In this document: in pieces, positions 19,901-29,807 of the stretch | How the letters are laid out: every line of letters starts with the position of its first letter | Position numbering within the stretch: position 1 is the stretch's first letter | Source of the DNA: an uncultured Actinomycetes bacterium | GTDB taxonomy: Bacteria; Actinomycetota; Thermoleophilia; UBA2241 | Assembly (NCBI GenBank): GCA_963725665.1 | Contig: CAVRZA010000006.1 | Span: 448,001-512,000 of the forward strand | Direction: 5' to 3' | DNA: 64,000 nt | Notes under the pieces: model-generated | Told to the model about the DNA's origin: nothing | The model's input: only the letters and a program-made list of their open reading frames with translations | Database searches by the model: none | Program-made: the position numbers and the translations under genes

Positions 19901-20010
19901 ATCGCCGCCGACGCGAAGAAAGCCACGAGGAGCGCTACCGATACAGGGAGGGCGAGTCGAGCGCGCGCGGGCGCGGGCGACGATGGGGTTAGTTCTCGAT
20001 CCACACTCAT
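16951..20010 (-). CDS. Membrane-anchored GAFx3-GGDEF-HD-GYP c-di-GMP signalling protein
   Basis: Two N-terminal TM segments, three GAF-like domains ending 'AIA.EN', TDSLTGL, RDTD...RYGGDEF, HDVGK, HHERWDGAGYP. Confidence 0.88.
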   Translation of the reverse strand: MSVDRELTPSSPAPARARLALPVSVALLVAFFASAAMLLVDALARLDPVLGGACFALGGAFIFVALRYHPYSTVYEARAARHLETSALALAAFGLASTLDLDQLLGMIAQQLCEAVGVSRCTIYLEQGERLRVAATTAGNDGGERCLAGAPLVRSAFAGALRDPVVLTPAHPGADAEAMAQVDARCVLALPLPSQAGSLGVACLDEPGRDESFSQRRITTGLTVASFAALTANNASLYRKQAELAEQLRERSSQLEALLQLGNELRATYELGELLDRCGRAVQETLPYREVAIYLYDEASESYITRVALGGSPEVNQVLLDQPIPKDIIDGFLRDEFRLGNAYFRREQLAPGSPQEKYYFPCTDLGDRPRHEWQSDDTLLVPLRSRDNRLLGLLDLYDPADRRPPTLDMVHVVEIFANQAAIAIENALQYREIEVQGRRLGRQLKSQRDLLATSESVLSTLDERGILDTIADTLASLVEYDAFSIAKVDQQAGELVSVFARDEWQEEVLAFRIKLGEGLSGWVAVHNQAVLCNDVLTDPRIVQVPNTPVEPQASIVVPLAIRDKVMGVMCLDRLGEKTFDEEELELTKLFANLAAIAMENAALYEKSRQRAVTDSLTGLFNHGHLQELIQREIKRAERYPKKLALLMLDLDHFKEINDRFGHQRGDKVLKRVASILVSCCRDTDYVARYGGDEFVVLMPETSSEDARRLAERVRSRVSTVKVASGESYAITASCGIADFPACGADATVVVSAADTALLWAKRHGRDRSFYYRDIRDMVLSVPLHDEGFKRTGIDVLAAAVDAKTSFREGHSESVAAMTQCLAREIGLSFEEVEQLAVAARLHDVGKIGVPAEILEKQGELTEAEWQEIRRHPRMSVDILANAGAPRELWPIVLYHHERWDGAGYPDGLKAEEIPLPARLLAVCDAFQAMVSSRPYRGSRTVKEVCAELRLQAGRQFDPQVVEVFLTRCVSVDGAAGAEGAVGIGADGAVARGAGRGRRDDAAKRDVGDVSGGAQVEPTS

Positions 20011-20152
20011 TCCCTCATCGTCAACTATCGTCGTGTGAGGCCGGATTCTTGACTTTCGCGAGTGCCGTGTGGCGGCCTCGGACGAGCGTCGCGCCGGCAA
20101 TCGATCGAGGAGCAGACTGATCGACTACGACGCCTGTTCAGGTGTGAAAGCG

Positions 20153-20194
20153 GCGACGGGGCCGGCGGCTCTCTCGAGCCGCCGGCCCCGTCGC
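20153..20194 (-). terminator. Probable groESL terminator
   Basis: 19-bp perfect stem gcgacggggccggcggctc-tctc-gagccgccggccccgtcgc, followed by CGCTTT on the minus strand. Confidence 0.7.
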
Positions 20195-20290
20195 ACACGC
20201 GAAAGGGATTTCGCTATTCGTATGTCGTTGTGATCCGGCTACCTGCCGGGCCACCTCGTGTTCCGGCTACAGCCGGATGACTACGCCGCT

Positions 20291-20372
20291 AGGCAAGGCA
20301 GCGAGGCACTCGCCGTCAGGCGAACACTACCCGCCGTAAGGCAAGGCAGCGAGGCACTCGCCGTCAGGCGAA
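20291..20372. repeat. Two identical 34-bp direct repeats (48-bp period) just after the groEL stop
   Basis: aggcaaggcagcgaggcactcgccgtcaggcgaa at 20291 and 20339. Confidence 0.9.
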
Positions 20373-20375
20373 GGC

Positions 20376-22022
<1,647 letters not shown>

Positions 22023-22313
22023 TTACTTCTGGACGATGGCCAGGATCTCGCTGGCACGCAGGATCAGGACTTCGTCGCCATCGGGCGTCTTGTACTCGGT
22101 CCCGGAGTACTTGCCGTAGATGACGACGTCGCCTACCTTGACGTCGACGGGTACGCGCTTGCCCTCTTCGTACTTCCCCTCCCCGACGGCGAGCACCTTG
22201 CCCTTCATCGGCTTCTCCTTGGCGGTGTCGGGAAGCACGATGCCGCTGGCCGTCTTATCCTCTTCTTCGAGGGCTTTGACGACGACGCGATCCTCGAGCG
22301 GCTTCAGTTTCAC
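22023..22313 (-). CDS. groS: Co-chaperonin GroES
   Basis: [41 protein letters not shown]. Confidence 0.98.
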   Translation of the reverse strand: MKLKPLEDRVVVKALEEEDKTASGIVLPDTAKEKPMKGKVLAVGEGKYEEGKRVPVDVKVGDVVIYGKYSGTEYKTPDGDEVLILRASEILAIVQK

Positions 22314-22350
22314 TTCACATCCCTCCTTCACTGCTGTCTTATTGATGATT

Positions 22351-22377
22351 CTGGCACTCTCAATGCAAGAGTGCCAA
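22351..22377. promoter_or_regulatory. CIRCE element (HrcA operator)
   Basis: CTGGCACTC-N9-GAGTGCCAA upstream of groES. Confidence 0.92.
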
Positions 22378-22393
22378 CTTCTTGCGGGTTGCT

Positions 22394-22423
22394 ATGGTAT
22401 GGCCCCCTCCGGGTCCCTGTCAA
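22394..22423 (-). promoter_or_regulatory. Housekeeping sigma promoter of groESL
   Basis: TTGACA (22423-22418), 18-bp spacer, TACCAT (22399-22394), immediately upstream of CIRCE. Confidence 0.65.
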
Positions 22424-22729
22424 ACGTCGCGACGACGTGTCCGGCGTCCGACCGGACCATCCCATCGGATGCCCGACTGCGACAAGGCGATGCCTACTGA
22501 GCGGGCCTTTCGGCAGGCCTCGCGTACGAGTGCCGAATCGCGCGACGAACGCGCGTACACCGGGGACCATTCGGGCACACGTGCGCGCGGCGAGACTGCG
22601 GGGACCTCCTGTAGAATCGGGGCCTCGGCGCCGACGGTCGACACTCGACGCCGGCGGTCGGTCGCGGGACCCGACGGTCGCTGGCACAGCGCCGGCGTGC
22701 TCAGTACCGGCCAAACGAGGGAGGAGCAG

Positions 22730-23167
22730 GTGCGCGTGCTCGTGCAGCGCGTGGAGGAGGCGGCGGTGAGCGTCGACCGCGAAGTCGTCGGCGCCATCGG
22801 CGCGGGCCTTTTGGCGCTCGTCGGGGTCGCTCCCGCCGACACGCGCGAGACGGCGAGAAGGCTCGCCGCCAAGACGGCCAGGCTGCGGGTCTTCGACGAT
22901 GAGGGCGGCCTCATGAACCTCAGCCTGGCCGACGTGGGCGGCGAGGTGCTCGTCGTCTCGCAGTTCACCCTCTACGCCGACACCCGACGCGGCAACCGGC
23001 CGAGCTTCACCGACGCCGCCCCTCCCGAGCAGGGCGAAGAGCTCTACCTGGCCTATGTGGACGAGCTGCGCGCCGAAGGCGTCCGTGTCGCCACGGGCGT
23101 CTTCGGCGCGCACATGCGTGTCTCGCTGGTCAACAACGGCCCCGTGACGATCCTGTTCGAAGCCTAG
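22730..23167 (+). CDS. dtd: D-aminoacyl-tRNA deacylase
   Basis: [26 protein letters not shown]...NNGPVT. GGAGGAG RBS. Confidence 0.95.
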   Translation: MRVLVQRVEEAAVSVDREVVGAIGAGLLALVGVAPADTRETARRLAAKTARLRVFDDEGGLMNLSLADVGGEVLVVSQFTLYADTRRGNRPSFTDAAPPEQGEELYLAYVDELRAEGVRVATGVFGAHMRVSLVNNGPVTILFEA

Positions 23168-23222
23168 GGCGGTCTTCTCAACGGCCCGGTGACGATCCTG
23201 CTCGAAGCCGGCGGCGGTCTTC
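23134..23222 (+). repeat. Imperfect 44-bp tandem duplication of the dtd 3' end
   Basis: caacggccccgtgacgatcctgttcgaagcctagggcggtcttc followed by caacggcccggtgacgatcctgctcgaagccggcggcggtcttc. Confidence 0.85.
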
Positions 23223-24933
23223 AGACCTGCCCGGTCACGAACCGCGGCGCGAGGCGCCAGAGATCGATACCCAGCTTCCTGTTCTCGCTGTAGTCGATGG
23301 AGACGTCGACGACCACAGGCCCGTCGACCTGCAGCGCCCGTTGTAGCGCGGGCGCAAGCTCGGACGCCTTCTCGACCCGCATCCCCTCGGCGCCGAACGA
23401 GCGCGCGAGGCTGGCGAAGTCGGGGTTGCCGAACCTGGTTCCCGTGACGTGGCCAAAGCGACGCTCCTGGTGCATCTCGATGAGCCCGTATGAGCCGTCG
23501 GTCCAGATCATGCAGACCAACGGGACGCGCAGCCTGACGGCCGTCTCGAGCTCGTGCGCGCTCATAAGGAAACCGCCGTCGCCCATCACCGTCACGACCT
23601 TGTGCCGGCCCCGCGCGGCCAGAGCCGCGGAGACGGCTGCAGGAAGGGCGAACCCCATCGCCGCGAAGCCGTTCGAGATCCACACGGTGTTCGGCTCGTG
23701 GGCCTGCCAGAGCCGCGCGATCCAGAGCTTGTGCGCACCCACGTCGGAGACGAGAAGGTCGCTCGGCCCCATGACCGCGCGCAGATCGTGCAGCACGCGC
23801 TGCGGCTTGATGGGACGGTCATCGTCGCCACCCACGTCGAGCACCGACGCCAGGGCCTCGCGATAGGGCGGCATCTCGTAGGCGGCCGGCGGACTTACCG
23901 AGAGCATCTCGCCGAGCTGCGTGAGGATGCCGCCGATGTCGCCAATGAGCTCCACCTGGGGCACGAAGTGAGCGTCGATGTCCGCCGCGGCGGTGTCGAT
24001 GCACACGATACGCAGCTTGCCGTCGGGGTTCCAGGCCTCGGGCGACCACTCGACGAGGTCGTAGCCTACGGTCACCACGAGGTCGACCTTGCCCATCAGC
24101 CCTTGCGGGTAGTCCTGGCCCCGTAGGCCGGCGGTGAACAGGTAGTGATCGTCACGCGCGTCGACCACGCCCTTGCCCATGAAAGTGGTGATCACGTGCA
24201 GACCCGTCTGCTCGCAGAAACGCCGCAGCTCGGGCGCCGAGCGCGTGCGCACGACGCCGTTGCCCACCAGCATCACCGGACGCCGCGCCGCCTGCAGCAG
24301 GCGCGCCGCGCAGTCGAGCGACTCGTACGCAGGCTCAGTCGGCGCGACGCCCACACGCGGCAGCGGAGAGCCGGCGGCCGGGCGTGCCATGACGTCCTCG
24401 GGCAGCTCGAGGTGCGTCGCGCCCGGCTTCTCGGCGGCGGCCACGGCGAACGCCTTGCGCACCGTCTCGGGCACGACCCGCGGGTCGCCTACGCTCGCGT
24501 TCCACTTCGTGATCGGCCGCAGCATGTCGACGACGTCGATGTACTGGTGCGTCTCCTTGTGCATCTGCTGCACCCCGACCTGCCCCGTGAGGGCGACCAT
24601 GGGGGCGCGGTCGAGGTAGGCGTCGGCGATCCCCGTGGTGAGGTTGGTCGCCCCCGGTCCGAGGGTCGAGAGACACACACCGGGCCGCCCCGTGTAGCGG
24701 CCGTAGGCGTCGGCCATGAAGGCGGCGCTCTCCTCGTGGCGCACGGGGATGAAATGGACGCTCTCGCTGTGCTCGATCGCCTCGTTGACGTCGAGCGTCT
24801 CCTCGCCGGGGATGCCGTAGACGTACTCGACGCCTTCGTTCTCGAGACAGCGGACGAGCAGCTCGGCGGCCGTCTGCTCGTGGGGTCCGGTGGCGCGCGC
24901 CTCGGGGAAGGCCGACTTCACTGGTTTGGTCAT
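23221..24933 (-). CDS. Acetolactate synthase-like ThDP enzyme (large subunit)
   Basis: GIPGEE, RHEESAAFMA, TLGPGATN, SNGFAAMGFALP, GDGGF. Confidence 0.9.
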   Translation of the reverse strand: MTKPVKSAFPEARATGPHEQTAAELLVRCLENEGVEYVYGIPGEETLDVNEAIEHSESVHFIPVRHEESAAFMADAYGRYTGRPGVCLSTLGPGATNLTTGIADAYLDRAPMVALTGQVGVQQMHKETHQYIDVVDMLRPITKWNASVGDPRVVPETVRKAFAVAAAEKPGATHLELPEDVMARPAAGSPLPRVGVAPTEPAYESLDCAARLLQAARRPVMLVGNGVVRTRSAPELRRFCEQTGLHVITTFMGKGVVDARDDHYLFTAGLRGQDYPQGLMGKVDLVVTVGYDLVEWSPEAWNPDGKLRIVCIDTAAADIDAHFVPQVELIGDIGGILTQLGEMLSVSPPAAYEMPPYREALASVLDVGGDDDRPIKPQRVLHDLRAVMGPSDLLVSDVGAHKLWIARLWQAHEPNTVWISNGFAAMGFALPAAVSAALAARGRHKVVTVMGDGGFLMSAHELETAVRLRVPLVCMIWTDGSYGLIEMHQERRFGHVTGTRFGNPDFASLARSFGAEGMRVEKASELAPALQRALQVDGPVVVDVSIDYSENRKLGIDLWRLAPRFVTGQV

Positions 24934-24977
24934 CGTAGTCGCTATGTTACAGGCTGGCGATGGGCACAAACCGTCGG

Positions 24978-26060
24978 CTAGCGGCGACGGTGGCCGGCAG
25001 GCAGGCCGCTCGACGCCTGGGCGTCGAGCGGCAGGTACGCCGGCCACGGGATCGCCGGCAGGTACGCGGCGGCGATGCCGATCATGGCGGCGTTGTCGGT
25101 GCACAGCGAGCGCGGTGGGAGGAAGAGCTCGAGGTCGTGCTGCGCGCAGGCCGCGGCGAGGGCGCGGCGCAGGCCCTCGTTGGCGGCCACGCCGCCGGCG
25201 AGGGCGACGCGCCGCGCCCCCTCGGCCTGCGCGCAGCGCACCGTCTTCTCGACGAGCTGCCGGGCGATAGCCGCTTGGTAGCTCGCCGCGATGTCGGCCC
25301 GGTGCGCATCGACCTCCGCGGGCGGACGCTCTCGCAGGTCGTAGAGCAACGCCGTCTTGAGACCGCTGAAGCTGAGATCGGCGCCGCGTGGCACGGCGCG
25401 CGGGAAGCGCACGTAGGTTGGGTCGCCGTCCCGCGCGAGACGGTCGAGCTCAGCACCACCCGGGTAGCCGAGCCCGAGCAGACGCGCGCCCTTGTCGAAG
25501 GCTTCGCCGGCGGCGTCGTCGAGCGTGCGCCCCGCGACGCGAAAGCGCACGCCTTCATCGACGACCACGACGAGGGTGTGGCCGCCGCTGGCGATGAGGC
25601 ACACGAACGGCGCCCGCGCGCCGGCGACATAGGCGGCGGCCAGGTGCCCCTCGAGGTGGTTGACGGGGACCAGGGGCAGCCGGCGCGCGTAGGCGTAGGC
25701 CTTCGCCGCCGACAGACCGACCAGCAGCGCGCCGATGAGGCCGGGACGCGTCGTCACGGCGATGCCGTCGAGCTCCTCCCAACTCGTCGAGCCGGCGTCG
25801 AGGGCTTCGGCGACCACAGCGTCGAGCAGCTCGACGTGATGGCGCGAGGCGATCTCGGGCACGATGCCGCCGAAGACCGCGTGCAGCACGTCCTGCGACG
25901 AGACGATCGACGAGCGGATGTCGCCGCCCTCGACCACGGCAGCGCTCGTGTCGTCGCATGAGGTCTCGACGCAGAGCAGGCGGCCGTGCGGCGGCGGGAC
26001 GGTCGCGAGGGTCTCACCGCCGGGGAGGCCGTCGGCGCCCGCAACGGGTCCACGACTCAC
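24978..26060 (-). CDS. tsaD: tRNA threonylcarbamoyltransferase TsaD
   Basis: ETSCDDT, GGIVPEIASRHH, NHLEGH, SGGHT, DDAAGEAFDK, TDNAAMI. Confidence 0.95.
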   Translation of the reverse strand: MSRGPVAGADGLPGGETLATVPPPHGRLLCVETSCDDTSAAVVEGGDIRSSIVSSQDVLHAVFGGIVPEIASRHHVELLDAVVAEALDAGSTSWEELDGIAVTTRPGLIGALLVGLSAAKAYAYARRLPLVPVNHLEGHLAAAYVAGARAPFVCLIASGGHTLVVVVDEGVRFRVAGRTLDDAAGEAFDKGARLLGLGYPGGAELDRLARDGDPTYVRFPRAVPRGADLSFSGLKTALLYDLRERPPAEVDAHRADIAASYQAAIARQLVEKTVRCAQAEGARRVALAGGVAANEGLRRALAAACAQHDLELFLPPRSLCTDNAAMIGIAAAYLPAIPWPAYLPLDAQASSGLPAGHRRR

Positions 26061-26515
26061 GCCGTCCTGCCCTCCCAGTCCTTCCACATGATGAGGGCGT
26101 CCTCGCGGTTGTCGGAGTAGTAGCCCCGGCGGAAGCCCGTAGCCACGAAACCGAAACTGCGATAGAGCTCGATGGCGGCCTCGTTCGAGACGCGCACCTC
26201 GAGCGTGTGCCCACGGTGCGGCTTGGCCTCGGTGATCTCGAAGTACTTCTCGAGGAGGCCGGAGGCAAGGCTCTGGCGGCGACGCTCCGGCACGACGGAG
26301 ACGTTCATGAGGTGCCAGACGTCGACGAAGGAGTCGGCGATCAGGTAGCCCACGAGCTCGTCGTCGACCTCGCACACCAGGCAGATCGCCGATTCGCGCA
26401 CGACCTCCGCGCTGAACACCTTGGGCGACCACGGCAGGCTGAACACGCTGCGCTCGATGGCGACCACGCCCTCCAGGTCCTCGAGGGTCATCTCGCGAAT
26501 GACGCGCCCGCTCAC
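26057..26515 (-). CDS. rimI: Ribosomal protein alanine N-acetyltransferase
   Basis: LEVRVSNEAAIELYRSFGF...RRGYY...EDALIM. Lies between tsaB and tsaD. Confidence 0.92.
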   Translation of the reverse strand: MSGRVIREMTLEDLEGVVAIERSVFSLPWSPKVFSAEVVRESAICLVCEVDDELVGYLIADSFVDVWHLMNVSVVPERRRQSLASGLLEKYFEITEAKPHRGHTLEVRVSNEAAIELYRSFGFVATGFRRGYYSDNREDALIMWKDWEGRTA

Positions 26516-27264
26516 CGTCCCACCCTTGCCCGCGATGGAGTCCAACGCTTCGCATCTGGTCGGCGTCCGTAGATCGGCAGCGCGCGGCCGATGCCTGTGA
26601 CGTTCCCGGGGGCCCGCGCCTGCCAGGCGCGCACCAGCATGGCCGCGGTGGGGGCGGCGACGGCGCGCGCGCGGCGCGCGCGCGGCGGTAGCTCGTCGGC
26701 GTAGAGGCGCGCGCCGTCGCCGCCCACGAGCGCCCCCGGCCACGGCGCCAGGAACGCGGCGAGGTCGGCGGCGCGCACGACGGCGAGGCGCGGCTCGCCC
26801 TCGGCGAGGCCGTCGCCGCGCCGCTCGTAGCGCGCCGCGAAGACCTCGCCGCGGCGGCCGTCGATGAGCGGCACGAGCGTGCCGGCGCTCGCGCCGGCGT
26901 CGCCGTCGGCGAGCGCCTGCGCGAGCGCCGCAAGCGTGGGCACACCGACGAGACTCAGACGCGGGTCGGCCTGAGCGAGGGCGCGCGCCGTTGCGATGCC
27001 GATGCGCAGGCCGGTGAAGCTCCCCGGTCCGAGGCTCACGAGCAAGGTCGTCACGTCGCCGATGCCGGCATCGCACATGACCAGCGCCCGGTGAGCGTCG
27101 GGCAGGAGCCGCCGGGTGTGTGCCGGACCGACCTCTGATGAGATCTCGGCGAGCAGGCGGCCGTCCCCGTCCGCGACGGCGACCGAGCAGGCCAGCGTGG
27201 CCGTCTCGAGGGCCAGCACCAGGTCTCGCCGCGGCGTCCCCGCGACCCCCTCGCGCGGCGTCAT
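26512..27264 (-). CDS. tsaB: TsaB (YeaZ)
   Basis: LALETAT, GPGSFTGLRIG, DGRRGEVF. Confidence 0.92.
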   Translation of the reverse strand: MTPREGVAGTPRRDLVLALETATLACSVAVADGDGRLLAEISSEVGPAHTRRLLPDAHRALVMCDAGIGDVTTLLVSLGPGSFTGLRIGIATARALAQADPRLSLVGVPTLAALAQALADGDAGASAGTLVPLIDGRRGEVFAARYERRGDGLAEGEPRLAVVRAADLAAFLAPWPGALVGGDGARLYADELPPRARRARAVAAPTAAMLVRAWQARAPGNVTGIGRALPIYGRRPDAKRWTPSRARVGR

Positions 27265-27273
27265 GACAAGCCC

Positions 27274-27759
27274 TCAGCGCGGCGCGCCGGCACGCCCGGC
27301 CGCACCCAGAGCCGCGAGCAGCGCTCGCTCGAGCTGGGGTGCGCCCGTGACCTCGACGCGCCGCGCGGCGCGGCTGACGTGGGACAGCCGCAGGGCCACG
27401 TCGGCCGGCGGCAGCTCGTTCTCGCCGACCTCGGACCACTCCACGAAGACGACGGCGTCGCCGCCGAGATAGTCCTCCCAGGCGAACAGGGCCACATCGT
27501 CACCCGGCGCGAGCCGGTACAGGTCGAGATGGTGCAGCGTCAGAAGTCCCCTCCCCCGGTAGCTCTGGGCGAGCGTGAACGAGGGGCTCGCCACCGCTTC
27601 GCGCACGCCGAGCGCGCGCAGCGCGTGACGCACGACCGTCGTCTTGCCCGTGCCGAGCTCGCCGGTGAGGGTGATCAGCATCGGTGCCCGCAGCGTGCCG
27701 GCGAGCGCTCGCGCGAAGCGCGCCGTGACCGCCGCCGAGGGGAGGTCGGCCGCGACCAT
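27274..27759 (-). CDS. tsaE: TsaE ATPase
   Basis: GELGTGKT, SPSFTL, HLDLYRL, VEW. Confidence 0.92.
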   Translation of the reverse strand: MVAADLPSAAVTARFARALAGTLRAPMLITLTGELGTGKTTVVRHALRALGVREAVASPSFTLAQSYRGRGLLTLHHLDLYRLAPGDDVALFAWEDYLGGDAVVFVEWSEVGENELPPADVALRLSHVSRAARRVEVTGAPQLERALLAALGAAGRAGAPR

Positions 27760-28485
27760 TCAGAAGAGGCCGAGTTGCTCCGCTGGGCCTGCGGCCGCCG
27801 CCGGCGTCTCGGCGGCAGTCCCCGGCGACTGGGGGGCGTCGTTTGCCGGCGCGAGCGTGTCCTGCCCCGCCTCCTCCTCAGCTTCGGGGAGGGGCAGTGC
27901 GAGCACCTCCGGGAGGCGACGAAAGTCCTCCCTGAGCGTCGTCAGCATGGCCGGCGTGTAGAGGGCCGCCGCGGGGTGGAAGATCGGGTAGAGGTGCACC
28001 ATGCGGCGTCCGAAGGGCACGGCCTGGGGCCGGCCGTGGACCTTGGTGATGCCGAGGGGTTTGCCCGAGAGAAGCTTGGTGGCGTGGTTGCCCAGGGAGC
28101 AGACCACGCGCGGCGCGATGAGCTCGATCTGCTTCCACAGGTAGGGCTCGCAGGCGGCGATCTCTGCCGGCAGCGGGTCGCGGTTGTTGGGCGGCCGGCA
28201 CTTCAGCACGTTGGCGATGTACACCTGCTCGCGCTTGAGCCCGATCGACCCCAGGAGCTCCTCGAGCAACTTGCCGGCGGCGCCGACGAACGGGCGCCCC
28301 TGCTGGTCCTCGTGGTACCCCGGCGCCTCGCCCACGAACATGAGATCGGCGGCGGGATCGCCCTCGCCGAACACGAGGCGTGTGCGGGAGCCGAAGAGCT
28401 GGCAGCAAGGCGACTGCTCCACCTCGCGGCGGAGGGCGTCGAGACGCTCGCTCAGGTCGTCGCTGGGCTCAGTGGCAGGTGGCAC
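27760..28485 (-). CDS. Family-4 uracil-DNA glycosylase
   Basis: [32 protein letters not shown]. Start approximate. Confidence 0.92.
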   Translation of the reverse strand: MPPATEPSDDLSERLDALRREVEQSPCCQLFGSRTRLVFGEGDPAADLMFVGEAPGYHEDQQGRPFVGAAGKLLEELLGSIGLKREQVYIANVLKCRPPNNRDPLPAEIAACEPYLWKQIELIAPRVVCSLGNHATKLLSGKPLGITKVHGRPQAVPFGRRMVHLYPIFHPAAALYTPAMLTTLREDFRRLPEVLALPLPEAEEEAGQDTLAPANDAPQSPGTAAETPAAAAGPAEQLGLF

Positions 28486-28696
28486 AGGAGGAGCTCGAAC
28501 AGGATGTGCAGCTCTTGCCTGAGGACGCTGAAGCCACGCCGGAGAAGCCCGGCGAGCTGGAGTGGACGGCGAACCGCGACAGCAGGCGACGGACGTCGCT
28601 GGAGGAGCAGTGCGGGCACGAGACGACCTCGCCGTTGCGCACGAGCTCCTCGAAAGAGACCTCGCAGCGGTCACAGATGAACTCGTAGATGGGCAT
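28469..28696 (-). CDS. FmdB-family zinc-ribbon protein
   Basis: [11 protein letters not shown]...CPHCSS...RLLSRF with a Cys-rich tail. Confidence 0.88.
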   Translation of the reverse strand: MPIYEFICDRCEVSFEELVRNGEVVSCPHCSSSDVRRLLSRFAVHSSSPGFSGVASASSGKSCTSCSSSSCATCH

Positions 28697-28900
28697 GGTT
28701 GCAGTGTACCACGGTGGCCCCGTGAGCAGGACAGGACGGCGATTGACCGCCCCACGAGGCGTCGTGTACCCTCCATGGTGGACTGCTCCCGCTCCTAGCC
28801 CGAGAGGGCCGGAGACGGGAGGCACCGCGATAGGCACTGAGCCTGTCGGCCGGCGCGGTACCGCCTCCCACGACGGACCGCAGCCAGGAGAGCCAACGGC

Positions 28901-29803
28901 TTGACCGATCTCGACGCACTGCGATTCTGCGTGGTCGGCCCCGGACGTCTGGGGTCGGCCTTGGCGCGCGCCCTCGACGCCGTCGGCCTATCCGTCGGCG
29001 CGTTCGGTGTGCGCGGCGGCGTCGACGCCTCGTCGACACCGCCGCGCCTGCCGCCCGTCGAAGCCGCACGTGGCGCGGACGTCCTCTGGCTCGCCGTACC
29101 CGACGACGCCATCGCCGCCGTCGCGGCGGAGCTCGCGCGGCGGCTGGGTCCCGCGGTTGTCGGCAAGCTGGCCGTGCACTCGAGCGGCCTCGCCGGCCTG
29201 GCGGTCCTCGACCCGTTGCGGGCCGCCGGAGCGCGCGTCGTGAGCCTGCACCCCCTGCAGACCCTCGCCGCCGGGGCCGCCGACGACGTCTTCGCCGGCG
29301 TCCCGTTCGCCGTCACCGCACGCGACGAGACCGACCTGGTGCTGGGCAGCGCGCTGGTCGAGCGTCTGGGCGGCCTGCCGTTCGCCCTCGGCGACGAGCG
29401 CAAGCCCCTGTACCACCTGGCCGCGGCGGTCGCCAGCAACCTGCTGGTCGCCCTCGAGAGCGAGGCGGTCGAGCTCATGAACGAGGCCATCGGCGCGGCG
29501 GCCAAGACTAGCGGCACGGTGGCGGCCGACGACGTCGAGGGCCTGCGCGTCTTGGCGCCGCTCGTGCGCACGACATCCGCCAACCTGCTGGCGCTGGGTC
29601 CCGAGCGGGCGCTCACCGGCCCCGTGGCGCGCGGCGACGTGAGCACCGTCCGCGCGCACCTCGAGCTGCTCCGACAGTACCCCCCGCGTCTGCGCGAGGC
29701 CTACCGCGCCCTGTCGCTGCAGGCGCTGGTCCTGGCCGCGCCGCGGCTCGACGACGACACCGTGAGGACGCTCAAGGAGATCCTCGCGCCGGGGGTTCGC
29801 TAA
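28901..29803 (+). CDS. Rossmann-like/DUF2520 protein (PanG-type ketopantoate reductase candidate)
   Basis: GPGRLG, AVPDDAI, HSSG, LHPLQT, YHLAAAVASN, ALTGPVARGD. Adjacent to panC. Confidence 0.85.
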   Translation: MTDLDALRFCVVGPGRLGSALARALDAVGLSVGAFGVRGGVDASSTPPRLPPVEAARGADVLWLAVPDDAIAAVAAELARRLGPAVVGKLAVHSSGLAGLAVLDPLRAAGARVVSLHPLQTLAAGAADDVFAGVPFAVTARDETDLVLGSALVERLGGLPFALGDERKPLYHLAAAVASNLLVALESEAVELMNEAIGAAAKTSGTVAADDVEGLRVLAPLVRTTSANLLALGPERALTGPVARGDVSTVRAHLELLRQYPPRLREAYRALSLQALVLAAPRLDDDTVRTLKEILAPGVR

Positions 29804-29807
29804 GACC

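Noticed and set aside
20200-20290. c-di-GMP riboswitch upstream of the GGDEF gene
   Set aside because: GGTAGCCGG is suggestive, but the GGCAAA...GAAA...GACGCAAAG core is absent.
20291-20372. 34-bp repeats as a mini-CRISPR
   Set aside because: Only two copies, the 14-bp 'spacer' resembles the sequence before copy 1, and there are no cas genes. This is a tandem duplication.
24978-27439. Long N-terminal extensions or fusions on TsaD and RimI (also CCA, Nnr, UDG, ALS) in the ORF track
   Set aside because: The extensions are off-frame read-through of upstream genes; coupled GTG/ATG starts give normal-sized proteins.
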